NCBI RefSeq assembly: GCF_000014785.1
Contig: NC_008340.1
Location: forward strand, 570,001 to 602,000
Length of the DNA stretch: 32,000 bases
From: Alkalilimnicola ehrlichii MLHE-1
GTDB lineage: Bacteria > Pseudomonadota > Gammaproteobacteria > Nitrococcales > Halorhodospiraceae
Direction of reading: 5' to 3'
Shown here: one piece after another, positions 15,706 to 26,288 of the stretch
How the letters are laid out: the number at the start of each line of letters is the position of its first letter
Numbering within the stretch: position 1 is the stretch's first letter
Made by a program: the position numbers and the translations under genes
Notes under the pieces: generated by a model
Told to the model about the DNA's origin: nothing
The model's input: the letters and a program-made list of their open reading frames with translations, nothing else
Databases searched by the model: none

Positions 15706-17412
15706 TCAGCCCAGGCGTTCCCGCAGGAAGGCGCTCAGCTCCGCCAGCGGCACATCGGTGCTCTCGCTGTCCCGCCGGCCCCGGTACTCCACCACCCCGT
15801 TTTTCAGCCCCCGGTCACCGATCACCAGCCGGTGGGGGATGCCGATCAGTTCCATGTCGGCGAACTTCACCCCCGGGCGGGCGTCGCGGTCATCGAAAAA
15901 GACCTCCACGCCCTCCGCCTGCAGCTCGGCGTAGAGCTTTTCGGCCTGCTCGGTCACCGCCTCGGAACGGTTCATGCCGATGGGCACCAGGGCCAGTTGG
16001 AAGGGGGCGATAGGCGCGGGCCAGATGATGCCGTTGTCGTCGTGGTTCTGCTCGATGGCGGCGGCCACCACGCGGGAGACGCCGATGCCGTAGCAGCCCA
16101 TGGTCACGGTCTGGGCGTCGCCGGCCTCGTTCAGCACCGTGGCCTTCATCTTCTCGCTGTACTCCCGGCCCAATTGGAAGATATGGCCCACCTCGATGCC
16201 GCGGGCGATCTCCAGGGTGCCCCGGCCGTCGGGGCTCGGGTCGCCGGCCACCACCTCGCGCAGGTCGGCCACCTCGGGCAGGGCCACATCGCGGCCCCAG
16301 TTGATACCGAAATAGTGCGCGTCGTCCTGGTTGGCGCCGGCGGCGAAGTCGCTCATCACTGCCACGCTGCGGTCGACCACGCAGGGCAGGGGCAGTTCCA
16401 CCGGGCCCAGCGAGCCGGGGCCGGCGCCCACCGCGGCGCGGATCTCCTCCTCGCCGGCCATCACCAGCGGCTCGGCCACCTGGGGCAGGGTCGTGGCCTT
16501 GACGTCGTTCAGGCTGTGGTCGCCGCGTACCAGCAGGGCCACCAGGCCACCGTCGGCGCCGTGCACCACCAGGGTCTTGACGGTCTTCTCGATGGGCAGG
16601 CCGTAGTCTCGGACCAGGTCGTCGATGGTGCGTGCCCCGGGGGTGTCCACCCGGCGCATGGTCTCGGCCGGTGGCGGGGCCTCGCCGGCCGGGGCCACCG
16701 CCTCGGCCAGCTCCACGTTGGCGGCGTAGTCGCTCTCATCGGAGAAGGCCACCGCGTCCTCACCGGACTCGGCCAGCACGTGGAACTCGTGGGAGACGCT
16801 GCCGCCGATGTTGCCCGAGTCGGCCGCCACCGCGCGGAAGACCAGGCCGGTGCGCTCGAAGATCCGGGTGTAGGTTTCGTACATCACCTGGTAGGTGCGC
16901 GCCAGGCAGTCGTCGTCCAGGTGGAAGGAGTAGGCGTCCTTCATCAGGAACTCGCGGGCGCGCATGACCCCGAAGCGGGGGCGGATCTCGTCGCGGAACT
17001 TGGTCTGGATCTGGTAGAGGTTGAGCGGCAGCTGGCGGTAGCTCTTCACCTCCCGGCGCACGTAGTCGGTGATCACCTCCTCGTGGGTGGGGCCGAAGCA
17101 GAAGTCGCGCTCGTGGCGGTCCTTCAGCCGCAGCAGCTCGGGGCCGTACTTGTCCCAGCGGGTGGACTCCTGCCAGAGCTCCGCCGGCTGCACCGCCGGC
17201 ATCAGCAGCTCGTGGGCGCCGGCGCGGTCCATCTCCTCGCGCACGATCTGCTCCACCTTGCGCAGCACCCGCAGCCCCAGCGGTGTCCAGGTGTACAGGC
17301 CGGCCGCCAGTTTGCGGATCATCCCGGCCCGGAGCATGAGCTGGTGGCTGACGATCTCGGCGTCGGCGGGGGTCTCCTTGCTGGTGGAGAGCGGAAACAG
17401 GCTGGCTCGCAT
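15706..17412 (-). CDS. proS: Proline--tRNA ligase (bacterial type with INS editing domain)
   Basis: ORF 15706..17457; I place the start at the ATG at 17412 ([40 protein letters not shown]...), the canonical ProRS N-terminus. Class II motifs, the insertion domain and the C-terminal anticodon-binding domain are present. It is 568 aa. Confidence 0.95.
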   Translation of the reverse strand: MRASLFPLSTSKETPADAEIVSHQLMLRAGMIRKLAAGLYTWTPLGLRVLRKVEQIVREEMDRAGAHELLMPAVQPAELWQESTRWDKYGPELLRLKDRHERDFCFGPTHEEVITDYVRREVKSYRQLPLNLYQIQTKFRDEIRPRFGVMRAREFLMKDAYSFHLDDDCLARTYQVMYETYTRIFERTGLVFRAVAADSGNIGGSVSHEFHVLAESGEDAVAFSDESDYAANVELAEAVAPAGEAPPPAETMRRVDTPGARTIDDLVRDYGLPIEKTVKTLVVHGADGGLVALLVRGDHSLNDVKATTLPQVAEPLVMAGEEEIRAAVGAGPGSLGPVELPLPCVVDRSVAVMSDFAAGANQDDAHYFGINWGRDVALPEVADLREVVAGDPSPDGRGTLEIARGIEVGHIFQLGREYSEKMKATVLNEAGDAQTVTMGCYGIGVSRVVAAAIEQNHDDNGIIWPAPIAPFQLALVPIGMNRSEAVTEQAEKLYAELQAEGVEVFFDDRDARPGVKFADMELIGIPHRLVIGDRGLKNGVVEYRGRRDSESTDVPLAELSAFLRERLG

Positions 17413-17419
17413 CGGCGCA

Positions 17420-17454
17420 TATCCTTCTGATTGAAAACCTGGCTGGGAAGGATA
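17420..17454 (-). promoter_or_regulatory. Hairpin in the proS 5' leader that pairs with the Shine-Dalgarno sequence
   Basis: Perfect 8-bp inverted repeat TATCCTTC (17420-17427) / GAAGGATA (17447-17454) with a 19-nt loop. On the mRNA, the 3' arm GAAGGAUA contains the only SD-like element, 9 nt before the ATG at 17412. Confidence 0.35.
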
Positions 17455-17495
17455 CAACAGCCACAGGCCGGGACGAACCCGCGGGGGACACCGGC

Positions 17496-19577
17496 TTATC
17501 CGCGCAGCCAGGTCAGTAACGGCTCCAGCGGTTGCGGCCGCGCGTACAGGTAGCCCTGTGCCTGTGGACAGCCGGCCTGGGCCAGGAAGGTGGCCTGGGC
17601 CTGCGTCTCAACCCCCTCGGCCACCACGTCCAGGCCCAGGGCCTCGGCCATGGCCAGCAGCGCCCGGACGATCTCCCGGTCGCTGTGGTCGTGCTCCAGG
17701 TCGGTGATGAGGGAGCGATCCAGCTTGAGCCGGTGGATAGGCAGCAGCTTGAGCCGGGCGATGTTGGAGTAGCCGGTGCCGAAGTCGTCCACCGCCAATC
17801 GGACTCCGGTCGAGCCGATGGCATTCAACGTTTCGGTCACCCTTTCCTGGTCGGCGAAGAGCGCGGATTCGGTGATCTCCACCTCCAGGGCGCCGGCCGG
17901 GAGACCGGCGGCGGCCAGGCCATCGGTCAGGATCTTCGGCAGGGAGTCATCAAGCTGGTAGGGGGACAGGTTGAGCGCAAAGCGGGCCTGCTCCAGCTCC
18001 GGCCGGGCCTGCAGCAGCGCCTTGGCCTCAGCGGTTGCGGTGTCGATCACCCATCGCCCCAGTTGCGCGATCAGCCCCGACTGCTCCGCCAGCGGGATGA
18101 ATTCGGCGGGGCTGATCGGGCGCCCATCGTCCCGCTGCCAGCGGGCCAGGGCCTCGAAGCCGGTCACCCGGCGGTTGTCGAGACCGAACTGGGGTTGCCA
18201 GGCCAGTTCGAGCCTGTTGTGCTCCAGCGCCTCGCGCAGGTCCGAGACCAGGCGCACCCGCTGTCGGGCGCGTTCATGGGCGTCGGGTGAGTAGAGACTG
18301 AAGCCGCCCTGGCCGGCGGCCTTCGCCTGGTAGAGGGCCGATTGGGCCGTCGCCATCAGCGTATCCGTGTCCGCGCCGTCGTCGGGGTAGTGGCAGATGC
18401 CGATGCTGGCGGAGACAAAGAAGGGCTCTTGGTCGATCAGGATCGGGTTTTCCAGGGTGCGCAGCAGGCGTTGGGCCACGGTGTGGACGTTGAGCTCTTC
18501 GCCCTCCACGAGGATGACGAATTCATCGCCGCCCATGCGTGCCAGGTCGTCTTTCTCCCGCAGGCAGGTCTGCAGCCGCTGGCCGACCTCCACCAGCACC
18601 TGATCGCCGGCAGTGTGGCTGTAGGTGTCGTTGATCTCCTTGAACCGGTCCAGGCCCAGGTAGAGGAGGGAGAAGGAGAACCCGCGGTGTTCGGCCAGGG
18701 CGATGATCTGCCGGAGGCGATCAAGGAACAGAGTCCGGTTGGGTAGTCCGGTCAGGCTGTCGTAATTGGCCAATGCATGCAGCCGATCGTGCAGCTCCTT
18801 GTGCTTGGTGATGTCGGAGAAGACCCCGACGTAATTCGTGATCCGTCCGGCCTCGTCGCGGATGGCATCCACGTGGAGCCACTCCGGGTAGACCTCGCCG
18901 TTCTTGCGCCGGTTCCAGATCTCCCCCTCCCAGGTCCCGTGCTCCCGAAGCTGTTCCCACATGTCCGCGTAGAAGTCAGCGCTGTGGCGTCCGGAGGAGA
19001 GGATGCTGGGGCTCTGGCCCAGGGCCTCCCGGGGTTCATAGCCGGTGGTGTTCACAAAGGCACGGTTGACGGAGATGATGCGCTGTTCCGCGTCCGTCAC
19101 CATGATCCCCTCGGAGGTGGCGTTGAAGACCGCGCTGGCGATCTCGTGGGCGTGGAGCTCATCCTGCAGTTGCAGGATGAGCGATTCGCGCTCGCGGCGC
19201 AGCGCTTGTTCGCGGGACAACAGCACGGAAAAGAGACAGGTGTGCGAGGTGACGCCAATACACTCGCCCCGCTCATCCACCACCGGCAGGTGCAGGGTGG
19301 GGGCGCGGTCCAGCGCATTCAGCACGTCTCGCACCGCGGCGTCGGCGGCTACCGGTTCTGGGGGGCGTTTGACCAGCAGGTCGGCGAAGATGCGGCCGGG
19401 GAAGAGGGCGGCCTGGCGCTCCTCCACCAGCCCCATGAAGCGCCCGTCCTCGTTCAGCACCGCGAAGGCGCGCACCGGCTCTTTACCATCACGCACCACA
19501 TCGCGGTAACGCTGGATGGCGGCCACCTCGATCCAGTGGCTGCAGAGTAGGTCCGATGCCTGAAGATCGCCGTTCAT
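17496..19577 (-). CDS. CBS-pair / PAS / GGDEF / EAL multidomain c-di-GMP turnover protein
   Basis: The N-terminal ~120 aa resemble a CBS pair. PAS is marked by [12 protein letters not shown]...[15 protein letters not shown]. The GGDEF domain has an intact GGDEF and an R-E-K-D I-site five residues upstream. The EAL domain has intact [19 protein letters not shown] and EGVET motifs. Confidence 0.9.
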   Translation of the reverse strand: MNGDLQASDLLCSHWIEVAAIQRYRDVVRDGKEPVRAFAVLNEDGRFMGLVEERQAALFPGRIFADLLVKRPPEPVAADAAVRDVLNALDRAPTLHLPVVDERGECIGVTSHTCLFSVLLSREQALRRERESLILQLQDELHAHEIASAVFNATSEGIMVTDAEQRIISVNRAFVNTTGYEPREALGQSPSILSSGRHSADFYADMWEQLREHGTWEGEIWNRRKNGEVYPEWLHVDAIRDEAGRITNYVGVFSDITKHKELHDRLHALANYDSLTGLPNRTLFLDRLRQIIALAEHRGFSFSLLYLGLDRFKEINDTYSHTAGDQVLVEVGQRLQTCLREKDDLARMGGDEFVILVEGEELNVHTVAQRLLRTLENPILIDQEPFFVSASIGICHYPDDGADTDTLMATAQSALYQAKAAGQGGFSLYSPDAHERARQRVRLVSDLREALEHNRLELAWQPQFGLDNRRVTGFEALARWQRDDGRPISPAEFIPLAEQSGLIAQLGRWVIDTATAEAKALLQARPELEQARFALNLSPYQLDDSLPKILTDGLAAAGLPAGALEVEITESALFADQERVTETLNAIGSTGVRLAVDDFGTGYSNIARLKLLPIHRLKLDRSLITDLEHDHSDREIVRALLAMAEALGLDVVAEGVETQAQATFLAQAGCPQAQGYLYARPQPLEPLLTWLRG

Positions 19578-19912
19578 GTCCCCTCCGAGTCGATCTGGAC
19601 CTCGATTTCCATCTCTAGGTGGACGATCTCCTCCGGCCCCATCAGCGGTTTCACCCGCGTCAGCACAAAGTCACGGACCTGGTCGGCGCTGAGCTTGCGC
19701 AGCACGGCGCTGCGTACCAGGACATCGCCGATGACCTCGTCCTCGATCTCCAGGTGTTCGTAGGGCGTGATGGTGAGCAGATCCAGCGCCTTGGCCACCG
19801 CCATGTGGCCGATGGGGGACTCACGCCCCAGGACCAGGCCATCGTGGATAGGCGGCAGGGAGAATTCCTTGACGCTGGCGCGGATGATATAGCGGCTGCT
19901 GTCCCGTTGCAT
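19574..19912 (-). CDS. Hypothetical 112-aa protein, translationally coupled to the GGDEF-EAL gene
   Basis: Clean GC3-rich frame. Its TGA stop overlaps the downstream ATG (ATGA at 19577-19574). An AT-richer promoter-like region lies upstream (19913-20078). No family recognised with confidence. Confidence 0.65.
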   Translation of the reverse strand: MQRDSSRYIIRASVKEFSLPPIHDGLVLGRESPIGHMAVAKALDLLTITPYEHLEIEDEVIGDVLVRSAVLRKLSADQVRDFVLTRVKPLMGPEEIVHLEMEIEVQIDSEGT

Positions 19913-20078
19913 GGTTCCGGTTTCGGTTGGATCGGGTGTTAGTTATGCGAAAAACGCTGATACAGGATCAGGTCTCCCTGCCTTAATAGTCGGCAAACCG
20001 GCGGGAAGCTGAACCCATAATGTTCAATACCATGAGATTAGCAGGTTTTCTCGCGCCGGTTGCGGGGGCCTTCACCGC

Positions 20079-21404
20079 CTATTGCCACCAAGCCACGGCC
20101 AGCCCGGCGGCCAGCGACAACAGCATGGGACCGGTGACCCGTTTGCCCAGCGCGCCGGTGCCGATCACCGCGGCCAGGCCGCCCTTGATCAGGTTGTTCA
20201 CCGAGGCGGCGATGACGATGCCCATCACCGCCGTGTCCAGGGTGATGGAGACGTTGGACATCCGGGTCAACGACAACGTGATGGCGTCCACGTCCGCCAC
20301 CCCGGAGGAGGCGGCCAGCAGATAGATGCCGGCGTCCCCCAGCCATTCCCGCAGCCATTCACCGAGGAACATGATGGCGGTGAGCAAGGCACCGAACATC
20401 AACGCCGACTTCAGATCCAGCGGGTTCTGTTTTAGGGTCGGCTGGGCCACGTCCTGGCGCCGGCGTTGCCGGTGCCAGATGACCAGCGCGGGCAGGTAGA
20501 GCAGGGTGGCCATGACGATGACCGGCAGCACCAGCGCCGGGATCAGTGCCGGATTGATGATCAGCGCATAGAGCAGGATGCGCGGGAACATGGTGCCGCA
20601 GGCGATGAGGATGCCGGCGGCCAGCAGTGGGCTGAGTTCGGCGGCCTGGCGCGACTGTCGGGAGAAGTGCAGGGTCAGCGCGGTGGAGGAGCTCAGCCCC
20701 GCGAACAGGCTGGTGAACAGGATCCCCTTCTCGGTGCCGCCGACCCGGACGGCGAAGTAGCCGACGAAGGAGACCGAGGCGATCAACACCACCAGCCACC
20801 AGATCTCGTAAGGGTTGATGGCCCTGCCGGGGCCCATGCCCTCGTCCGGCAGCAGGGGCAGCATGACCACGGAGATCAACAGCAGCTTGAAGGCCGCGTC
20901 CAGCTCATGGGCATGAAGCTGGTTGATCAGGCCGTGGATCTCCCGCTTGTTGTCCAGGATCAGCACCGTGACCACTGCGCCCGCGGTGGCCACCACCATG
21001 TCCACCGCCACCGCGATCGCCCCGAACGAGAAGGTGAGTATCTGGCCCACCGCGCCGGTGATACTGACGTTGCGCTCCTGCTCCGCCTGGGTGCGGTAGG
21101 CCACCAGCGTCAGCGCCGCCACGCCGATCAGCATCACCGGGAAGGCCCAGGGGCTGAGGGCCTCGGAAAGCACCGCCGACAGGCCACCCAACAGCCCGAG
21201 CAGGGCATAGGTGCGGATCCCTGCCACCCGGCGCCCGGCGGCCAGCTCCCGCGATTCCCAACCGCGCTCCAGACCGATGAGCGCGCCCAGCAGCAGTGCC
21301 ACAGCCAACTGCAGGATGGTTTCGTTGCCGGCGATGAACTGCTCGGTGAGTTCTTCCATTGCTGGCGGCTGTGGCCCGGGGCGGGCCCCTCCCTGTCGCG
21401 GCAC
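20079..21404 (-). CDS. MgtC/SapB family membrane protein with C-terminal DUF4010 domain
   Basis: The N-terminal MgtC signature is LLGALIGLERGW, followed by about 10 TM helices. GTG at 21404 has GGGGAGG 5 nt upstream. The alternative ATG at 21359 (MEELTEQF) has no SD. Confidence 0.8.
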   Translation of the reverse strand: MPRQGGARPGPQPPAMEELTEQFIAGNETILQLAVALLLGALIGLERGWESRELAAGRRVAGIRTYALLGLLGGLSAVLSEALSPWAFPVMLIGVAALTLVAYRTQAEQERNVSITGAVGQILTFSFGAIAVAVDMVVATAGAVVTVLILDNKREIHGLINQLHAHELDAAFKLLLISVVMLPLLPDEGMGPGRAINPYEIWWLVVLIASVSFVGYFAVRVGGTEKGILFTSLFAGLSSSTALTLHFSRQSRQAAELSPLLAAGILIACGTMFPRILLYALIINPALIPALVLPVIVMATLLYLPALVIWHRQRRRQDVAQPTLKQNPLDLKSALMFGALLTAIMFLGEWLREWLGDAGIYLLAASSGVADVDAITLSLTRMSNVSITLDTAVMGIVIAASVNNLIKGGLAAVIGTGALGKRVTGPMLLSLAAGLAVAWWQ

Positions 21405-21573
21405 GCGGGCCTCCCCGGGCGGCGATCGCCCGGCGGGGAGACATCCTGTCTAACCATAGCGGTTAGCAGCGACCGGTGACACCGGCGCCGGGCCGGTCAC
21501 CTCATTCGGGGCAGGATCCGGGGCTGCGGCGAAAGGCCCCAGCGGCGGTGCCGGCGTGTCCGGCCGGCCCGGC

Positions 21574-21602
21574 TTGACGCTCAGGCGCATCCCGAGTAGG
21601 TT
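21574..21602 (+). promoter_or_regulatory. Candidate sigma70 promoter for ilvH-ilvC
   Basis: TTGACG (21574-21579), 17 nt, TAGGTT (21597-21602), about 100 nt upstream of the ilvH ATG. Sequence match only. Confidence 0.35.
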
Positions 21603-21705
21603 TGCTCCTTTTCCTGCGAGCGCTTTTTTCAGGCCCCGGTGCGATCAGGCCCGGTCGGCCGGGTGCGCATCGCCCCCGGGGCAGATCCAGAAGGACCAGC
21701 GGACC

Positions 21706-23273
<1,568 letters not shown>

Positions 23274-23326
23274 CGCGCCACCGTTCCGGCGCCCCGTCTC
23301 CGGGGCCGCCATCCTGGACGCCGAGG

Positions 23327-23358
23327 CCGGGCCCCTGAGCAGGGGCCCGGTTTTTTTT
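23327..23358 (+). terminator. Rho-independent terminator of ilvHC
   Basis: 10-bp stem CCGGGCCCCT / AGGGGCCCGG, loop GAGC, followed by T8. Confidence 0.85.
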
Positions 23359-23525
23359 GTGTGCCGCCACCGCGTACCGCCAGGGCCTCTACCACACACA
23401 AAAGCAACTAATACCAATCGGGTGTGGCAAGTTGTCTTGTATATTCTACGTTTTCTTTGAAGCGGTCTTTGCTCTTGTGGGGGGTGGCCGCTGGAACAAG
23501 AACGGTAAAGATTGACGGAGGGAAT

Positions 23526-24587
23526 ATGCGTTATCCGGTCTATTGCAAGGGAGCGCTGGTCGTCGGGTTGCTCTCCCCCTTGGCGCTGACCGGCTGCCTG
23601 TCGTCTGGCAGCAGCAGCGGGAACGGAGACGAGGGGACGGAGGAGATGACGGCTGCCGAAAGCGAGGAGATGGCCGTGGGCATGGGGCTTGCGCCCCAGG
23701 AGCTCCTCTTTGATTTCATCGGTAACTCCGAGGAGGTGCTTGACGGGCCGCCGCCCCTGGCGGAGGCGGACGACGGAATGGGAGGCCAGACGGTCACCGC
23801 CACGGGTGGCTCGGGCTGGGACGATTTCGAGTGTGACACCGGGACCCTGGAGGTAACCAGCGGCCCGGACTACTTCGAACTGGACGCCGACGAGTGCATG
23901 AGGTCTTCCTCGGGCCCCACGTTCGACAGCGACACCCTGATTGACGGGTACATGGAGCTGGATTTCACCGTGACGCCGGACGCCGGCTACGACACCGCCT
24001 TACACTGGACCGCGAACGATTACCGCTCGGAGGTGGAGACCACCGGCGATATCGAGATGCACTTTTGGATGACCTTCGACGGGGAGTACGAGAATCATTT
24101 CTCAGGTGCGGGGGTGGAGGATGCCCGGCTGGAAGTGCTGAGCGCAGTGAACAGTGAGTTCGGCGGTATGTGCGACGGACAGGAAGTCCGGATGAGCACG
24201 CAGATGGATGCGGGCCTGGAGGCCACCATCGAAGGGCCGAGCAGCGGTCCGATCGATTTCACCATCGACGGCGGTATGAGTGTCGGGCTCTATTCGGAGG
24301 CCTCGGACCCCACCATCGACCGGCTGTTCTCTGTGGTGTACGACACTGTCGCGGATCTGCGGCTTGATGACCCGGGTGATGATTACCCGAGCAGTGGTGA
24401 ATTGCACATGGAGGGATCGGCCGGTGGCCATGACTTCAATATCACGATGACCTTCCACGACAACGAAGTCTGCATTGATGGGGCGACCGAGATCGAGAAC
24501 CGCTGTTACTCCCACGCCGAACTGGACGATAAGGCGGACGACGAGGACGACTTTAACGACGACTTCCTCTGCGCCGTCGGTATGTAG
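23526..24587 (+). CDS. Highly acidic, Cys-containing lipoprotein of unknown function
   Basis: ATG at 23526 with GGAGGG 4 nt upstream. Lipoprotein signal MRYPVYCKGALVVGLLSPLALTGC. The mature protein is very rich in Asp/Glu/Gly/Thr and has six further Cys residues. No family recognised. AT-richer DNA lies immediately upstream. Confidence 0.7.
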   Translation: MRYPVYCKGALVVGLLSPLALTGCLSSGSSSGNGDEGTEEMTAAESEEMAVGMGLAPQELLFDFIGNSEEVLDGPPPLAEADDGMGGQTVTATGGSGWDDFECDTGTLEVTSGPDYFELDADECMRSSSGPTFDSDTLIDGYMELDFTVTPDAGYDTALHWTANDYRSEVETTGDIEMHFWMTFDGEYENHFSGAGVEDARLEVLSAVNSEFGGMCDGQEVRMSTQMDAGLEATIEGPSSGPIDFTIDGGMSVGLYSEASDPTIDRLFSVVYDTVADLRLDDPGDDYPSSGELHMEGSAGGHDFNITMTFHDNEVCIDGATEIENRCYSHAELDDKADDEDDFNDDFLCAVGM

Positions 24588-24611
24588 TCACCGTCTCCCG
24601 TCTCATGCGGC

Positions 24612-24650
24612 ACCCCCGGTGTGGCCCTGCGCCCGCCGGGGGTTTCTTTT
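24612..24650 (+). terminator. Possible terminator after the lipoprotein gene
   Basis: 8-bp stem ACCCCCGG / CCGGGGGT with a 16-nt loop, followed by TTCTTTT. The loop is large, so this is only moderately convincing. Confidence 0.45.
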
Positions 24651-24726
24651 GGGGGGTGCTTGCCAGGCCGCTGCTCAGGCGGGATGCTTGGGTCAGGCTT
24701 GGCTGGGTCTGGAAAAAGGAGGGGGC

Positions 24727-25230
24727 ATGACCGAGCACTTCGATCCCTGGGTGATCTGGCTGGTGGCCGGACTGGCGCTGATTCTCGCCGACCTGTTGCT
24801 GGCCGGTGGCACCAGCGGTGTGCTGCTGTTGCTGGGGCTGACGGCCCTGGCGGGCATGGCGGCGGCGCTGCTGGGGCTGGGATTGACGGGGCAACTCGCA
24901 GTGGCCGGCGTGGCTGGCCTGCTGCTGCTGCCCGTCGTGCTTTGGTTCATGCGGCGGATGAGCGGCGGTCGCAGTGGGACGGCCCGGCGGGACACCCGGG
25001 TGGGTGGCGAGACCTACGTGGTCGAGCGTTGGGGCGAGCGGTTGGGCATCCGCGTGCTGGGCGACTTCTTCCCCGTCCGACTGGTGGACCCCGGTGACGG
25101 GCCTGCCGGTGACCGGCCGCTCGCCCCGGGTGAGCGCGTCCGGGTGCTGCGCTTCAGCGGGATTACCGCGGAGGTCTGCCGGGTGGCCGATGCCGACCGG
25201 TCGGACCCGGCGGACGCCCGGCGCGACTGA
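24727..25230 (+). CDS. NfeD-family membrane protein (short form: TM helices plus C-terminal OB-fold)
   Basis: ATG at 24727 with AAGGAGGGGG upstream. There are three hydrophobic helices (WVIWLVAGLALILADLLL..., LLLLGLTALAGMAAALLGL, VAGVAGLLLLPVVLWF). The beta-rich C-terminus (GETYVVERWGERLGIRVLGDFFPVRL...VRVLRFSGITAEV) matches the NfeD OB domain layout. Confidence 0.75.
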   Translation: MTEHFDPWVIWLVAGLALILADLLLAGGTSGVLLLLGLTALAGMAAALLGLGLTGQLAVAGVAGLLLLPVVLWFMRRMSGGRSGTARRDTRVGGETYVVERWGERLGIRVLGDFFPVRLVDPGDGPAGDRPLAPGERVRVLRFSGITAEVCRVADADRSDPADARRD

Positions 25231-25333
25231 CCTATCCGTCACCTTTTCCGGCCCTTACAAGGGCCGGTCAGGGATCAGACAGGAAGCGCATACCACTTAT
25301 GCATCAATGGTCTAACGCTTTGCGCGAAAAATG

Positions 25334-25362
25334 TTGCGGCGCACCACCGGCTTTGGTATTGT
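25334..25362 (+). promoter_or_regulatory. Candidate sigma70 promoter of the phasin gene
   Basis: TTGCGG (25334-25339), 17 nt, TATTGT (25357-25362), about 70 nt upstream of the ATG and flanked by TGCATCA motifs (see finding). Confidence 0.4.
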
Positions 25363-25431
25363 GCACTGCATCAGGAGGGGACAACCTCAGCTCCTGAACC
25401 CCCAAGCCATTTTGATGCAAAGGTGAACACT

Positions 25432-25797
25432 ATGAGCAACGAGACTTTCCAGCAGTATTCCGAGCAGGCTGAGAAGCTGTTTGTCGGCCCCGCCCGTGCC
25501 TACGCCGGCCTGGGTTTGGACTACTTCGAGAAGCTGGTCAACATTCAGTTCGAGGCCGCCAAGGCCAACACTGAGACCGCTCTGAAGCAGACTCGCGCCG
25601 CGCTGGACATCAAGGACCAGAACGACCTGCAGTCCTACGTCGAAGGCCAGCGCAAGCTCGCCGAAGAGATTGGCCAGCGTGCCAAGGGCGAGGCCGAGAA
25701 GGTCGTGGCCCTGAACCAGGAGCTGGCGCAGAACGCCCAGAAGCTGGTGCAGGACAGCGCCCGCGAGTTCGGCAACGTCGCCGGCCAGGCCAAGTAA
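25432..25797 (+). CDS. Phasin family protein (PHA granule-associated)
   Basis: ATG at 25432 (MSNETFQQYSEQAEKLFVGPARAYAGLGLDYFEKLVNIQFEAAK...). The size, the amphipathic helical composition and the N-terminal pattern fit the short proteobacterial phasins. GTG at 25423 is an alternative start. Confidence 0.8.
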   Translation: MSNETFQQYSEQAEKLFVGPARAYAGLGLDYFEKLVNIQFEAAKANTETALKQTRAALDIKDQNDLQSYVEGQRKLAEEIGQRAKGEAEKVVALNQELAQNAQKLVQDSAREFGNVAGQAK

Positions 25798-25845
25798 GGT
25801 CCGCTGTAGGGTCGGGCGTCGCCGGCGCCCGTGTCCTGCCGGAAA

Positions 25846-25889
25846 GAGGGCCCCGGGGGTTTACGCGCCCCCCGGGGCCCTCGTCTTTT
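25846..25889 (+). terminator. Rho-independent terminator of the phasin gene
   Basis: 14-bp stem GAGGGCCCCGGGGG / CCCCCGGGGCCCTC, 9-nt loop, followed by GTCTTTT. Confidence 0.8.
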
Positions 25890-25907
25890 CGGGGCCCGCT
25901 TTTCCGC

Positions 25908-25937
25908 GGCCGGCCTCACGGCCGGCCTCACGGCCGG
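25908..25937. repeat. Short tandem repeat GGCCGGCCTCAC x2.5
   Basis: Copies at 25908-25919 and 25920-25931, plus a partial copy at 25932-25937. GGCCGGCC is self-complementary, so alternative hairpins are possible. It lies just downstream of the minus-strand DUF3185 gene. Confidence 0.6.
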
Positions 25938-25956
25938 GGTCATCCGGCCCGCGGGG

Positions 25957-26163
25957 TCACTGCCGGCCGAAGAGGATCAGCATCAGGCCCACGATGGAGG
26001 CCACACCGCCGCTGATCAGCATCATGGCGGTCTGGTCAGTGAAGTTACCGGTGGCCTCCCATTGCGCCTGCTCCTCCGGCGTCGAGGCCAGGCCCCAGCC
26101 GAAGTAAAGCAGTACCGCACCGGCGATCAAAATGACCAGTCCCAGCAGCCGTTTCCAATGCAT
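25957..26163 (-). CDS. DUF3185-family small membrane protein (two TM helices)
   Basis: 68 aa: MHWKRLLGLVILIAGAVLLYFGW...MMLISGGVASIVGLMLILFGRQ. The two-helix architecture and length match DUF3185 as I recall it. Confidence 0.7.
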   Translation of the reverse strand: MHWKRLLGLVILIAGAVLLYFGWGLASTPEEQAQWEATGNFTDQTAMMLISGGVASIVGLMLILFGRQ

Positions 26164-26288
26164 CGGTTCACTCCGTCAGTTTGCCGTCCGCCCTGCGCCC
26201 GCGGCGGGCCGGCCTTGTGGTTCGTTCCGGGCCGCATTCAGAGGTTACACTAGGTAGCCCAGCCCCACAGCCAGTAAAGCGAACCCCC

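Noticed and set aside
15042-17430. Plus-strand ORFs 15042..16013 (323 aa) and 15622..17430 (602 aa)
   Set aside because: They lie antisense to the SLT and proS genes and consist of Gly/Ala/Arg/His-rich low-complexity translations. The minus-strand frames have unambiguous family motifs.
23425-23440. Sigma-54 promoter (TGGCA...TTGT) upstream of the lipoprotein gene
   Set aside because: The spacing between the GG and the downstream element is one nucleotide too long, and the -12 GC is GT. No enhancer-binding protein gene is nearby.
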